Part shown: piece by piece, positions 20,887 through 29,348 of the stretch
Layout of the letters: each line of letters begins with the position of its first letter
How positions within the stretch are numbered: position 1 is the first letter of the stretch
NCBI GenBank assembly: GCA_044226015.1
Contig: JBGAHS010000009.1
Coordinates: 128,001-192,000 of the forward strand
Origin: Candidatus Obscuribacteraceae bacterium
GTDB lineage: Bacteria > Cyanobacteriota > Vampirovibrionia > Obscuribacterales > Obscuribacteraceae
Direction: 5' to 3'
Length of the DNA: 64,000 nt
Translations under genes and position numbers: made by a program
The notes under the pieces: model-generated
What the model saw: the letters and a program-made list of their open reading frames with translations, nothing else
Told to the model about the DNA's origin: nothing
The model's database searches: none

Positions 20887-21839
20887 TTACCACTTTGCTC
20901 TTGTCGAAGCAGAGCCTTTGCCTGTTCCACAATCGCTGTCATTTGATTTTGACCAATGTCGTCAACTGATGGTGCTCTTTCTATCGGCTCGAAAACAGAT
21001 GCGTACCAATCGGGATTATTGAATTTATCCATCCAATCATCCAGCTTGTTCCATTCGCCATCATTGAGCCCAAGCAAGAAGCGCGCTCTAAACGGATCAA
21101 CACCAGCTTGTTCAAAGGCGGGCACTCGAAGGTCTTGTCCCAGTCCTGTGTCAAATCTTGCGCGCCCACTCGAATCAACATCGACATCAGCGAAAATGTC
21201 ATACCTTTTTATCAGATTTTGAGCTTCTTCGATGTACTGGTCGTGAAATTTTTGTCCGCTTGCAGTGAGTTTGTATTTGACGTTTTTGACGTCGACTTCA
21301 ATGTAGGCTTTTCCTTCAGCCCATTTGATCACGTCGATTAATTCAGGATATTCCTTTGTCACATCGATTGTGGTGCCAATCGCAACCTGGTGTAAAAAGA
21401 ATAGTTGCGCCAGCTCTTTGATTAGCTCTTCTGGACTTTTTGCTTCAGCAACTTGCTCTTGTTCTCTTGGTGTTGTCTGCGCTCCACCAAAAATCATCAA
21501 GTCTAGTCTCTTATAGCTTTCGCCACCGTGTTCGGCTGGAACAAATGCGCCGATGAGAGGCGCATCTGGATTTAGTTCTTTCCCATTTGCTTTAAAATTC
21601 ACGTCATCGCGAATGAAAGCACCCTGGTCGTCTCTGTCGAAAATAACGTTTTGAAGGTCAACGAAATCTTCTAGCTGTCCCTCGGGCAATATGCCTTTTG
21701 ACAGCAATCCCTGAGGATTTTCGGTTCCAATTACATCAAATACAACATCGATAGCGGCTTGCTTAACCACTGGCTCTTCCAGAGAAAGCACTGCCATTCT
21801 CTGCTGAGCAGAGTCGGTCAGTCTGATTTGATATTTCAT
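20877..21839 (-). CDS. Hypothetical protein: possible ubiquitin-like N-domain ending in GG plus wHTH-like C-domain
   Basis: 320-aa ORF starting 2 nt after the upstream stop; NGKELNPDAPL..LDLMIFGG at aa 85-119; YKLTASGQ wing-like motif. Confidence 0.65.
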   Translation of the reverse strand: MKYQIRLTDSAQQRMAVLSLEEPVVKQAAIDVVFDVIGTENPQGLLSKGILPEGQLEDFVDLQNVIFDRDDQGAFIRDDVNFKANGKELNPDAPLIGAFVPAEHGGESYKRLDLMIFGGAQTTPREQEQVAEAKSPEELIKELAQLFFLHQVAIGTTIDVTKEYPELIDVIKWAEGKAYIEVDVKNVKYKLTASGQKFHDQYIEEAQNLIKRYDIFADVDVDSSGRARFDTGLGQDLRVPAFEQAGVDPFRARFLLGLNDGEWNKLDDWMDKFNNPDWYASVFEPIERAPSVDDIGQNQMTAIVEQAKALLRQEQSGNYS

Positions 21840-21841
21840 TT

Positions 21842-22678
21842 TTAGCGTCTCCGTCCGCCCCAGCCGCGACGCAAGCTGCTGCCGAAACCAGATGATGAGC
21901 GGCGTCCGCCCCAGCCGGAGGAGCTGGAACTAGAACTTGAGCTGGAACTGCTTGAACTTCCCCAGAAGCTGCGCTTCTTGGTTCCACTAGAGCTTGAGCT
22001 GAAGTCTGATGAGCCCATGGTTTTACTGCTTCCAAAACCGGTGCCCGCAGAGTTCTTCTTGAAGCGGGAGAAAAATCCCTGGTTAGCTGTTTTCTGGGTT
22101 TCAAATTGTGGAGATTGACGATAGGTATCGCGGTGATCGCGCAAGATTACGACCTGAGTCGGTCTGGTGTAATAGCCACCACCCCAGGAATTCATCGCGT
22201 GGCTCAGCAGCAGGGTTTGCAAGAACGGGTTGCCCATGAAGCTGTGGTGTCCTTCATAATATGGACGATCGTTATATCCGTTCATACGGTAGGGTAATTC
22301 ATTGTTTACTGCTTCGCCGGTTTGTTCGATTGAGAACAATTTTTCGTCTCCAGCCTGGAAGCCTTCTTTGCTGTCTTTGTCAATGAATCCAACGATATTT
22401 AGCTTATCGTCTTTTCTGCTTGCATCGATGGACACTACTTCCTTGCCATCATAAATTTCATTGACGCGCTTTTCGAAAGCACCCATCCAGCTGGATAGGT
22501 CGTTTCCTTTTGAGTCCCAAAAAGCCTTTTCGACTTCCTCTAGATTTATTTTCTGTGACTCGACTTCCACTTTCGGAGATGTGTAATGCTCTTCGCGAAC
22601 ATGGCTCGAACAAGCGCACAGACCTACGCAAATTGCCATTGCGATAGAAAGATTGCGAAATTGACCCTTCAAATTCAT
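21842..22678 (-). CDS. Lipoprotein with Ser/Gly/Arg-rich tail
   Basis: GGAG RBS before ATG 22678; lipobox LCAC; C-terminal poly-Ser and GWGGRR repeats. Confidence 0.75.
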   Translation of the reverse strand: MNLKGQFRNLSIAMAICVGLCACSSHVREEHYTSPKVEVESQKINLEEVEKAFWDSKGNDLSSWMGAFEKRVNEIYDGKEVVSIDASRKDDKLNIVGFIDKDSKEGFQAGDEKLFSIEQTGEAVNNELPYRMNGYNDRPYYEGHHSFMGNPFLQTLLLSHAMNSWGGGYYTRPTQVVILRDHRDTYRQSPQFETQKTANQGFFSRFKKNSAGTGFGSSKTMGSSDFSSSSSGTKKRSFWGSSSSSSSSSSSSSSGWGGRRSSSGFGSSLRRGWGGRRR

Positions 22679-22907
22679 TTGTGTCTCCAATCCCGGCTAG
22701 AGGAAGAACTGCAAGCTTGATCATATCCGAGCCTTTTGCCGCATTGACAGGACGATTTGCCCCGAAACTCCGGGGGCGCCTGCCTGCGTAGATACAAACC
22801 TGGCAACAGGCTTGAATCTATCCTTAACAATGCTTGGGACTGCAAGGTTATATCCTAGACATACGGGTCGCGAAAAAATGCTAATTACTGAAAAAGTATT
22901 CAGCCAC

Positions 22908-24365
22908 TTAGTAGTTGTTCTTGTAGCGTACGTATTCGTCCATTCGAGGCATCAATGCGAGATAGGCGCAAACTATTGTCAAAATGCTTCCCAGCACAGA
23001 ATCCAGAGCCAGTCCTTCGAGCGATCGGAAGGCTTCCTTTAAAGCGACATCCATTCTGTTTTTGTTGATATCTAGAGCTTGTGTGACAGCGTAATCGAGT
23101 TTTGTGAAGGGGTACTTGCTGCCTTCGGGGTTGTAGCTCAGGCATTTGCGAACTGCTTCATCATGCGAGCCTCCGTCAACCAATTCTCTGACTTTAGTTT
23201 CAGTTTGGGTGTAAATTGAGAATGCCTCCAGAACATCCACTATAAATTTAGCTTCGCCTGCATAGCAAATATTGTTTGCGGCATCTGCCAGTGAGCCAGT
23301 CATGCCCTGAATGCTGATATGTGCATTCTTTTCAGAGCGCTCTTTAATTTTCTCAACCGTTTTATCTATATTGTTGCCAGCATCGAATGTTGCAATCGCC
23401 CGAATACTAGAATCGTATATTTTGCTGTACTCAGGCGCATTACTTACGTCGAGAAGCTGTCGGCTTGCATTTGCGCATGAATTGCTGGCGTTAGCTCTTG
23501 TTTTTAATAGAGCGAGAATCGAGTCATACGAGTTTTCTTTTGCAGTTTTTATATTCTCACCATTTAACGTCAGCGAGTTTGTTAGATGGTGCAACAAGAG
23601 CGACAAGCCTAGAATAGCAACTAACAAAGGAGGGCTCAATCTGCGTCTGAATTTTACTGCCAAGAAAATCTGTACATATAACAACGAGCAAATCAGCAAA
23701 AGTCCGAGCACAAGCAGAAAACCTCGTGAAAGGTTGCTCGCTGATTTTTCTTGATTGTAGGTTGATTCCAGCACGCCGCTGTTGTTCTTTTCCAGTGCGT
23801 CAATATTCGGTAAAAGCTCATTTTGCACCGTTTCGAAGGCCAGGCGGTAAACTTTGATGGACTCTTCTCGCTCACCAGCAGTGTGTAAATCTCTTGCCTG
23901 TTGTGACAGCATCGCATATCTGCCAAGAGCTAGCTGAATGTTCTCAATTGGCTCGCGTTCACCTTTATAAGTTATATTCTCAGCTGCTGCGACAAGTCGT
24001 TTGCAGGCGACCTCTCTCCACTGCTCGTAATCTTTTTCTCTGTCACTGCATTCCGGAACGTTTGGGCTGTAGAGAAGTTCATCAGCAAGATCGGTATCCA
24101 TCGAAAGTACAGCGTTTTTGATTTCATAAGCTGCTACCACAGATGGTGCAGCATCAACGCCAACTGTTCTCACTGCAAATTCGTGCTGGTGAATTGTTGA
24201 AACTGCATATGCGCAAAAAACAGCGCTAAAAGCTGAAATAAGAAAGAGCAAGAAGGCCAGCCTTGCTGGAGTAACAGTGCGCAGCCTGAAGAAAAACGCG
24301 CCGGAAGCCCCGGGGGGTTGACTGCATTGCTTGGTTTCGGCGTCCACTTCTCTTGTATCTTGCAT
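22908..24365 (-). CDS. GlnX-like four-TM membrane receptor
   Basis: TM / ~150-aa helical domain / TM-RRRLSPPLL-TM / second helical domain / TM / PRMDEY tail; matches the architecture and motifs of actinobacterial GlnX. Confidence 0.75.
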   Translation of the reverse strand: MQDTREVDAETKQCSQPPGASGAFFFRLRTVTPARLAFLLFLISAFSAVFCAYAVSTIHQHEFAVRTVGVDAAPSVVAAYEIKNAVLSMDTDLADELLYSPNVPECSDREKDYEQWREVACKRLVAAAENITYKGEREPIENIQLALGRYAMLSQQARDLHTAGEREESIKVYRLAFETVQNELLPNIDALEKNNSGVLESTYNQEKSASNLSRGFLLVLGLLLICSLLYVQIFLAVKFRRRLSPPLLVAILGLSLLLHHLTNSLTLNGENIKTAKENSYDSILALLKTRANASNSCANASRQLLDVSNAPEYSKIYDSSIRAIATFDAGNNIDKTVEKIKERSEKNAHISIQGMTGSLADAANNICYAGEAKFIVDVLEAFSIYTQTETKVRELVDGGSHDEAVRKCLSYNPEGSKYPFTKLDYAVTQALDINKNRMDVALKEAFRSLEGLALDSVLGSILTIVCAYLALMPRMDEYVRYKNNY

Positions 24366-24367
24366 GT

Positions 24368-25036
24368 TCAAAACCAGGTCATCTTTCTCACGCTGTTTGC
24401 TTCATCAACCAGCGCGATTCTATCTTCAATGCTTGTTGCAAGGTGTGCGCAATGACGCAGTGCTTTTTCTGCCGCATCGCGCAGTTGGTTTTCGTTCAAT
24501 GGAATTCCAAGCAACATAACGGAGTCATCAGGTCGCAATTGTCTGCGTTCTAATTGTCGAATGGCGGCCATCCACAGGTCGGCTTGAGCTCGCCAGGCTT
24601 CGAATTTGTCTGGGCTGACTGTCTCAAGTACCGAGGCCGCTTTGAGCAGTTCATCTTTTCCTCTTTCCGAAGTCTCGTCGATTGCTTTCAGGCGTGCAGA
24701 TAACTTCATCAAGTTTTGAGGCGCACTGCGCCTCTTGTCGTACATCGGTGCCGTCACGCTCGCAGACTCAGCCCTGGGTGCGGTGACATTCTCTGAGTTC
24801 GCGTTCTTTTCCTCTGCACCGTTGTTACTGATTGGCGATTGAGCCGCAACGGGCTGTCGAGCCGGGGAGGGTTCGGTTGCTGCAGCAGGCAATTCAGCTA
24901 GCTTTCTTTCAACGCCAGCGCTTTTGACTTCTACGGATTGCGGTACATCGGACTCAGCCCTGAGGTTTGCGCTGCCACAGGTGTTGCAGGCTCCTTCCTC
25001 TATGTATCCTTCGCATTCTGTTTTAGGGCACTTCAT
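24368..25036 (-). CDS. Kinase-less PknG-like protein (Cys cluster, linker, PknG-type C-terminal region)
   Basis: MKCPKTECEGYIEEGACNTCG N-terminus; C-terminus LLGIPLNENQLRDAAEKALRHCAHLATSIEDRIALVDEANSVRKMTWF; no kinase motifs. Confidence 0.75.
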   Translation of the reverse strand: MKCPKTECEGYIEEGACNTCGSANLRAESDVPQSVEVKSAGVERKLAELPAAATEPSPARQPVAAQSPISNNGAEEKNANSENVTAPRAESASVTAPMYDKRRSAPQNLMKLSARLKAIDETSERGKDELLKAASVLETVSPDKFEAWRAQADLWMAAIRQLERRQLRPDDSVMLLGIPLNENQLRDAAEKALRHCAHLATSIEDRIALVDEANSVRKMTWF

Positions 25037-25190
25037 TTTGAACTGGGTCTACCCGAACTAGTTTCCTAAATTCAATAAGCTTACAACTGCAGTGACATTG
25101 AGCGTTCAAACTTGGGGAAAGTTTGATGCAAGCTTACAAAATCTTAATACCGCTTTGCTTTTAGGAATTAAAAGCTCCTTCAGTGCTTAA

Positions 25191-27131
25191 ATGCAAACGA
25201 ACAGACAGGAGCCATGCTGCCAAGTGAGTGACTTTTCAAGCAAATTCAAAGATTGGTTCTTGCAAGGAAGCAAACCAGAAGCTAATCAAGAGCATCACAC
25301 CGATGCCTGGTGGCGGGTCATGTGTTTGACTGGTGTAGACTACTTCTCAACCCTGGGATATCAACCGGGTATTGCTTTCCTGGCTTCTGGAGTTTTGTCA
25401 CCGGTTGCTACTTTTATTCTTGTGCTTGTCACCTTATTTGGTGCACTTCCCACATATGCAGTGGTCGCTAAAGAAAGTCCAAACGGACAAGGTAGTGTTG
25501 CTATCTTGGAAAAAATGTTGCCAGGCTGGCAGGGAAAAGCGCTGGTTCTTGCTTTGCTGGGTTTTGCCGCGACTGCATTTATCATCACTATCACTCTTTC
25601 TGCAGCTGACGCTGCAGCCCACATTTTAGGAAACCCTGCCATTCCCGAGTTTCTGCGCGAGAGAAAAATTGAAGTAACTATATTCCTTTTGGGGCTTCTC
25701 GGTGCACTGTTCTTGAAAGGCTTCAAGGAAGCAATTGGACTCTCGTTTTTCATTGTCGCAAGCTACCTTTCTCTTTCGGCCGTTATCATCGGGAAGGGCT
25801 GCATGATTCTCTTGCAGCACAGCGAATATCTCGAGAACTGGCAGCATCTTTTGCTGACTGAATACCCTAACCCTCTTACAATGATTGGCGTCGCCGTTGT
25901 GATGTTTCCAAAATTGGCGCTGGGATTATCTGGATTTGAGACAGGTGTTGCAGTGATGCCCCTTGTTAGTGGTGACCCAAGCGATACGCCAGAAAATCCG
26001 GCTGGAAGAATTCGAAACGCTCGATTATTGCTTGCTTCAGCCGCTGGTATTATGAGCGTGTTTCTCATTCTCAGTAGTATTGTTACGACTGTTCTCATAC
26101 CGGCGCCACTCTTTGAGGAAGGTGCCGATGCCAATGGAAGAGCACTTTCTTATCTCGCGCATGAACACTTGGGTCATGCCTTTGGTACCGTATATGATGT
26201 CAGCACTATTCTGATTCTCTGGTTTGCCGGTGCGTCGGCTATCGCAGGTCTCTTGAGTCTTGTTCCAAAATACTTGCCGCGCTTTGGCATGGCACCAAGC
26301 TGGTCTGCCGCAGTGCGACCCTTAGTAGTGTTTTTTACCGTGGTTGCTTTTGGTGTGACTTATCTTTTCAAAGCAGATGTTGATGCGCAGGCTGCTGCGT
26401 ATGCAACTGGTGTTCTTGTTTTGATTACGTCTGCTGCGATTGCCGCAACAATATGTGTCTGGAATGAAAGTGCTAAGAAGCGATGGTTCATGTTGACCAT
26501 TAGCTTTATCTTTGTGTACACGTCATTTGCAAATATGTCTGAGCGCCCTGAAGGTGTGCAAATTGCACTATTCTTTATTACCAGTATTCTCGGAGCCTCC
26601 GTCATTTCCAGAGCTTTGCGCTCGACTGAGCTGCGCGTTGAAAAAGTTCTGCTCGACCCAAAAGCACTTTCATTTGTAGAGCAGGCGCTCGAAAACAAAT
26701 GGGGCGAAATCAGAATTCTTGCGCACCGTCATGGCATGCGTGACTTTAAAGATAAAGAGGAAAGGTCTCGTCGTATTCACAGCGTACAGGTGGAAGAAGG
26801 CGACTTCATTTTCCTGGAAGTGGAACTGTCGGACGCCTCAGACTTCTCTGAAGACCTTTTGCAGGTGACGGGATACGAAGAGCAAGGCTTTAAGATCTTG
26901 CGTTGTGCTAACCCGGCGGTACCTAATGCCATCGCAGCTGTCTTGCTAGACCTGCGCAATCGAACCAGCAAGGTGCCGCATGTTTATTTTAACTGGACTG
27001 ACGGGCATCCTATCGCCTACACCTTCAAATACATCTTTTTTGGGGAAGGCGAAACTGCTTCCATTACACGGGAAATCTTGCGTTCTGCTGAACCTCTGGA
27101 GTCTTTACGTCCTATCGTCCACGTTGGTTAA
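25191..27131 (+). CDS. APC-superfamily amino acid transporter-like membrane protein
   Basis: About 11-12 TM helices; [32 protein letters not shown]; cytoplasmic C-terminal domain. Confidence 0.85.
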   Translation: MQTNRQEPCCQVSDFSSKFKDWFLQGSKPEANQEHHTDAWWRVMCLTGVDYFSTLGYQPGIAFLASGVLSPVATFILVLVTLFGALPTYAVVAKESPNGQGSVAILEKMLPGWQGKALVLALLGFAATAFIITITLSAADAAAHILGNPAIPEFLRERKIEVTIFLLGLLGALFLKGFKEAIGLSFFIVASYLSLSAVIIGKGCMILLQHSEYLENWQHLLLTEYPNPLTMIGVAVVMFPKLALGLSGFETGVAVMPLVSGDPSDTPENPAGRIRNARLLLASAAGIMSVFLILSSIVTTVLIPAPLFEEGADANGRALSYLAHEHLGHAFGTVYDVSTILILWFAGASAIAGLLSLVPKYLPRFGMAPSWSAAVRPLVVFFTVVAFGVTYLFKADVDAQAAAYATGVLVLITSAAIAATICVWNESAKKRWFMLTISFIFVYTSFANMSERPEGVQIALFFITSILGASVISRALRSTELRVEKVLLDPKALSFVEQALENKWGEIRILAHRHGMRDFKDKEERSRRIHSVQVEEGDFIFLEVELSDASDFSEDLLQVTGYEEQGFKILRCANPAVPNAIAAVLLDLRNRTSKVPHVYFNWTDGHPIAYTFKYIFFGEGETASITREILRSAEPLESLRPIVHVG

Positions 27132-27182
27132 TTCAGCTACCCTCAGCTTCCCAATGCTGTTAGAATGCAACTTGTCTCCTGA

Positions 27183-28628
27183 TTGCTTTTAATGAAACCT
27201 ATGCGAAAAAGTGTACTACTTATATCGGGGTTGTTGGCTTTCTCGCTGTCTTTGAATCATGCTTTGCGCGCTGATGCTCAAGCTCAAGAGGCAGCGATGG
27301 ACACTGGTGAAAACTCACCGCAGGCAAAGCGAAACATAATTGCTGAACATGTTAATCGAGGCAATCGATTGATGTCAGCCAAACAGTTTCAGGGTGCACT
27401 TTCGGAATATGATGCAGCTAAAAAGCTTGACCCGAACAATCCTATAGTACGCCAGAACATTGCTGAGTGCCGGAATAACATGGGTATTCAGCTCTTTCGA
27501 TCGCGGCATTTTGCTGATGCGATTGTTCAATTTGAAAAATGCTTGAAGGTAAATCCTAATCACGCGCAGGCTCGCCGGAATATTAGTTTGTGCCAGCAAA
27601 CTATGGACCAGCTCGGAGTTTATGACGCTCCCTCCGGCGACGACGAAGATGAAACCGAAAACAAACCGGAAAAAACGGCAAAGACTGAGCAGAAGCCTGA
27701 AGATACAAGTCCCAAAGTTGTTGGTGGAAGCGAATCTGCGATGACCGTGAGTTCTGGTGGGACAGCCATGTTCGCATCTGGCAATTCGCTTTATCCATCT
27801 TATTCAACACAGGGTACAGCCTCCAGTAAGAAAACGGAGCCCACGATTCCCATCACCAAGCCCACTAAGCCTGTCGCAAAAGCTGGAGCGAGCAATTCTG
27901 TTGGTACTGGTACGGCAACCCTTGATGCAGCAGGAGCTGGCACTAACGCTGCTGCTGGAACTGGGACGAGCACTGGTTCTGCAATCGGTGGAGCTGGAAG
28001 CGCCAGCTCTGGCAACAATTCGGATAACTCTCAAGCACTTGGACCTAACGGAGTCTCAGCAGGAAGTGCCTTCGAACCAGTGATTCCTGGAACAGTACCA
28101 ACAATAGCGCAACCTCCCGATTCAACTGCCGCGACGCCGTCCGCAATGCATGGTTCTTCACCCAATCAAGCCGCGTTGGCGGCTGGATATGCGCCAGCCG
28201 CTGTTGATACTACGACAACGCCAGCTGCATCTAATGCTACTAAGCCGGCGCCATCCCAGGCTGATGCATTTTTGAATGCGCTAGCAAAAGAACAAGGTGC
28301 CCCGGCTTCGACGCAGCCCGGTTTAGTCGCTTCCAGCCAAGCAGGTTCTCCATCACAGCCAGTTTCTCAAACACTGGTGACTCCATCGGTATCTTCTGCA
28401 GCACAAGCTTCACCTTCAGCTTTGGCTTCCTCTCAAGCTTTTCCAGAAGCCGCCTCGCTTGAAGACAAGGTTGCAAGCCTGGAAATTAAAGTCTATGGAA
28501 AGAAGAATGATCAGCTTCCGATCTTGAAGCGCATCGAGCAGCTGGAGGTCGATTACATAGGGCAAGCTCGCCAGGGTACTCTAAATGAGCGAGTCGAAAA
28601 TCTTCGCAAGCAAATATTGCATAATTAA
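27183..28628 (+). CDS. Exported TPR protein with Ala/Ser/Pro-rich linker and small helical C-domain
   Basis: Signal peptide; two TPRs (aa ~54-130); low-complexity middle; SLEDKVASLEIKVYG..ILKRIEQLE C-terminus. Confidence 0.75.
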   Translation: MLLMKPMRKSVLLISGLLAFSLSLNHALRADAQAQEAAMDTGENSPQAKRNIIAEHVNRGNRLMSAKQFQGALSEYDAAKKLDPNNPIVRQNIAECRNNMGIQLFRSRHFADAIVQFEKCLKVNPNHAQARRNISLCQQTMDQLGVYDAPSGDDEDETENKPEKTAKTEQKPEDTSPKVVGGSESAMTVSSGGTAMFASGNSLYPSYSTQGTASSKKTEPTIPITKPTKPVAKAGASNSVGTGTATLDAAGAGTNAAAGTGTSTGSAIGGAGSASSGNNSDNSQALGPNGVSAGSAFEPVIPGTVPTIAQPPDSTAATPSAMHGSSPNQAALAAGYAPAAVDTTTTPAASNATKPAPSQADAFLNALAKEQGAPASTQPGLVASSQAGSPSQPVSQTLVTPSVSSAAQASPSALASSQAFPEAASLEDKVASLEIKVYGKKNDQLPILKRIEQLEVDYIGQARQGTLNERVENLRKQILHN

Positions 28629-28658
28629 ATGCAATCTCTTACTTCACACGAAATCAGC

Positions 28659-28946
28659 TCAGGGAGCCTTCTTTGACTCGAATATTCTGTCGTAAACAAT
28701 AACACCAATCATCCATATCGGAATAATTCCGACCGCGATTTCAAAAACTGTGAAGACGAAATCATGCTCACAGAGCCAGTCAACGATGTGATCTAGCTGG
28801 TATTTGAGTAGTGGAGAAATGTTTGAGAGCAGAATAATAGCTAATAGAGTAAGGGGCAAAGCAATTTCAATGCCCAGAACCCTTCCCCTTCTTTCAGGAG
28901 AAATCGTGCTTGCTGGTTTTCGAAAAGGGAAAACTGATTGAACCAT
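28659..28946 (-). CDS. Small two-TM membrane protein
   Basis: Two hydrophobic segments; GGTGG upstream of the ATG. Confidence 0.5.
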   Translation of the reverse strand: MVQSVFPFRKPASTISPERRGRVLGIEIALPLTLLAIILLSNISPLLKYQLDHIVDWLCEHDFVFTVFEIAVGIIPIWMIGVIVYDRIFESKKAP

Positions 28947-29348
28947 AGCACCACCAGTAGCGTCACAATCTACTAAAGACCATCATACATTGCAGAACTG
29001 GCTTGTCAAGCGCTTTTGAGAATTGAGTATCTGTCGATTACTCTTTGATACTGAGCTTCTGAGTTGAGGACTAAATGTGTAATCGCTTGAAACGATTGGT
29101 TCGCAGGGGTTTTGGGTTGAGCTCTTTGTCTGTGGAATTGTCGAATCCAAAAAAACTTCTGGCTTGTGTCTTCAAGCGTCGCAACAGTCCGTGCAGGTCT
29201 AGACGGCAGCCGGTACAATATGCGGCTGTCGGCATCATCAGGCCGAGCAGCTGCACGCAACGATAGCGTCGTTGAGTGGCTTGAGCAAACAACTCAGCAA
29301 AATGGCTGTAGATATCATTGAAATAAGCTTCAGAGCAGGGGTTTTTGC

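Noticed and set aside
24368..25036. Calling the mini-PknG a pseudogene
   Set aside because: The frame is intact, both termini are preserved and no kinase remnants are seen nearby; left as a CDS, though a recent in-frame deletion cannot be excluded.
28950..29348. T-box leader or small Cys-containing ORFs upstream of valS
   Set aside because: No T-box consensus or terminator seen; the overlapping ORFs lack an RBS and recognisable motifs.
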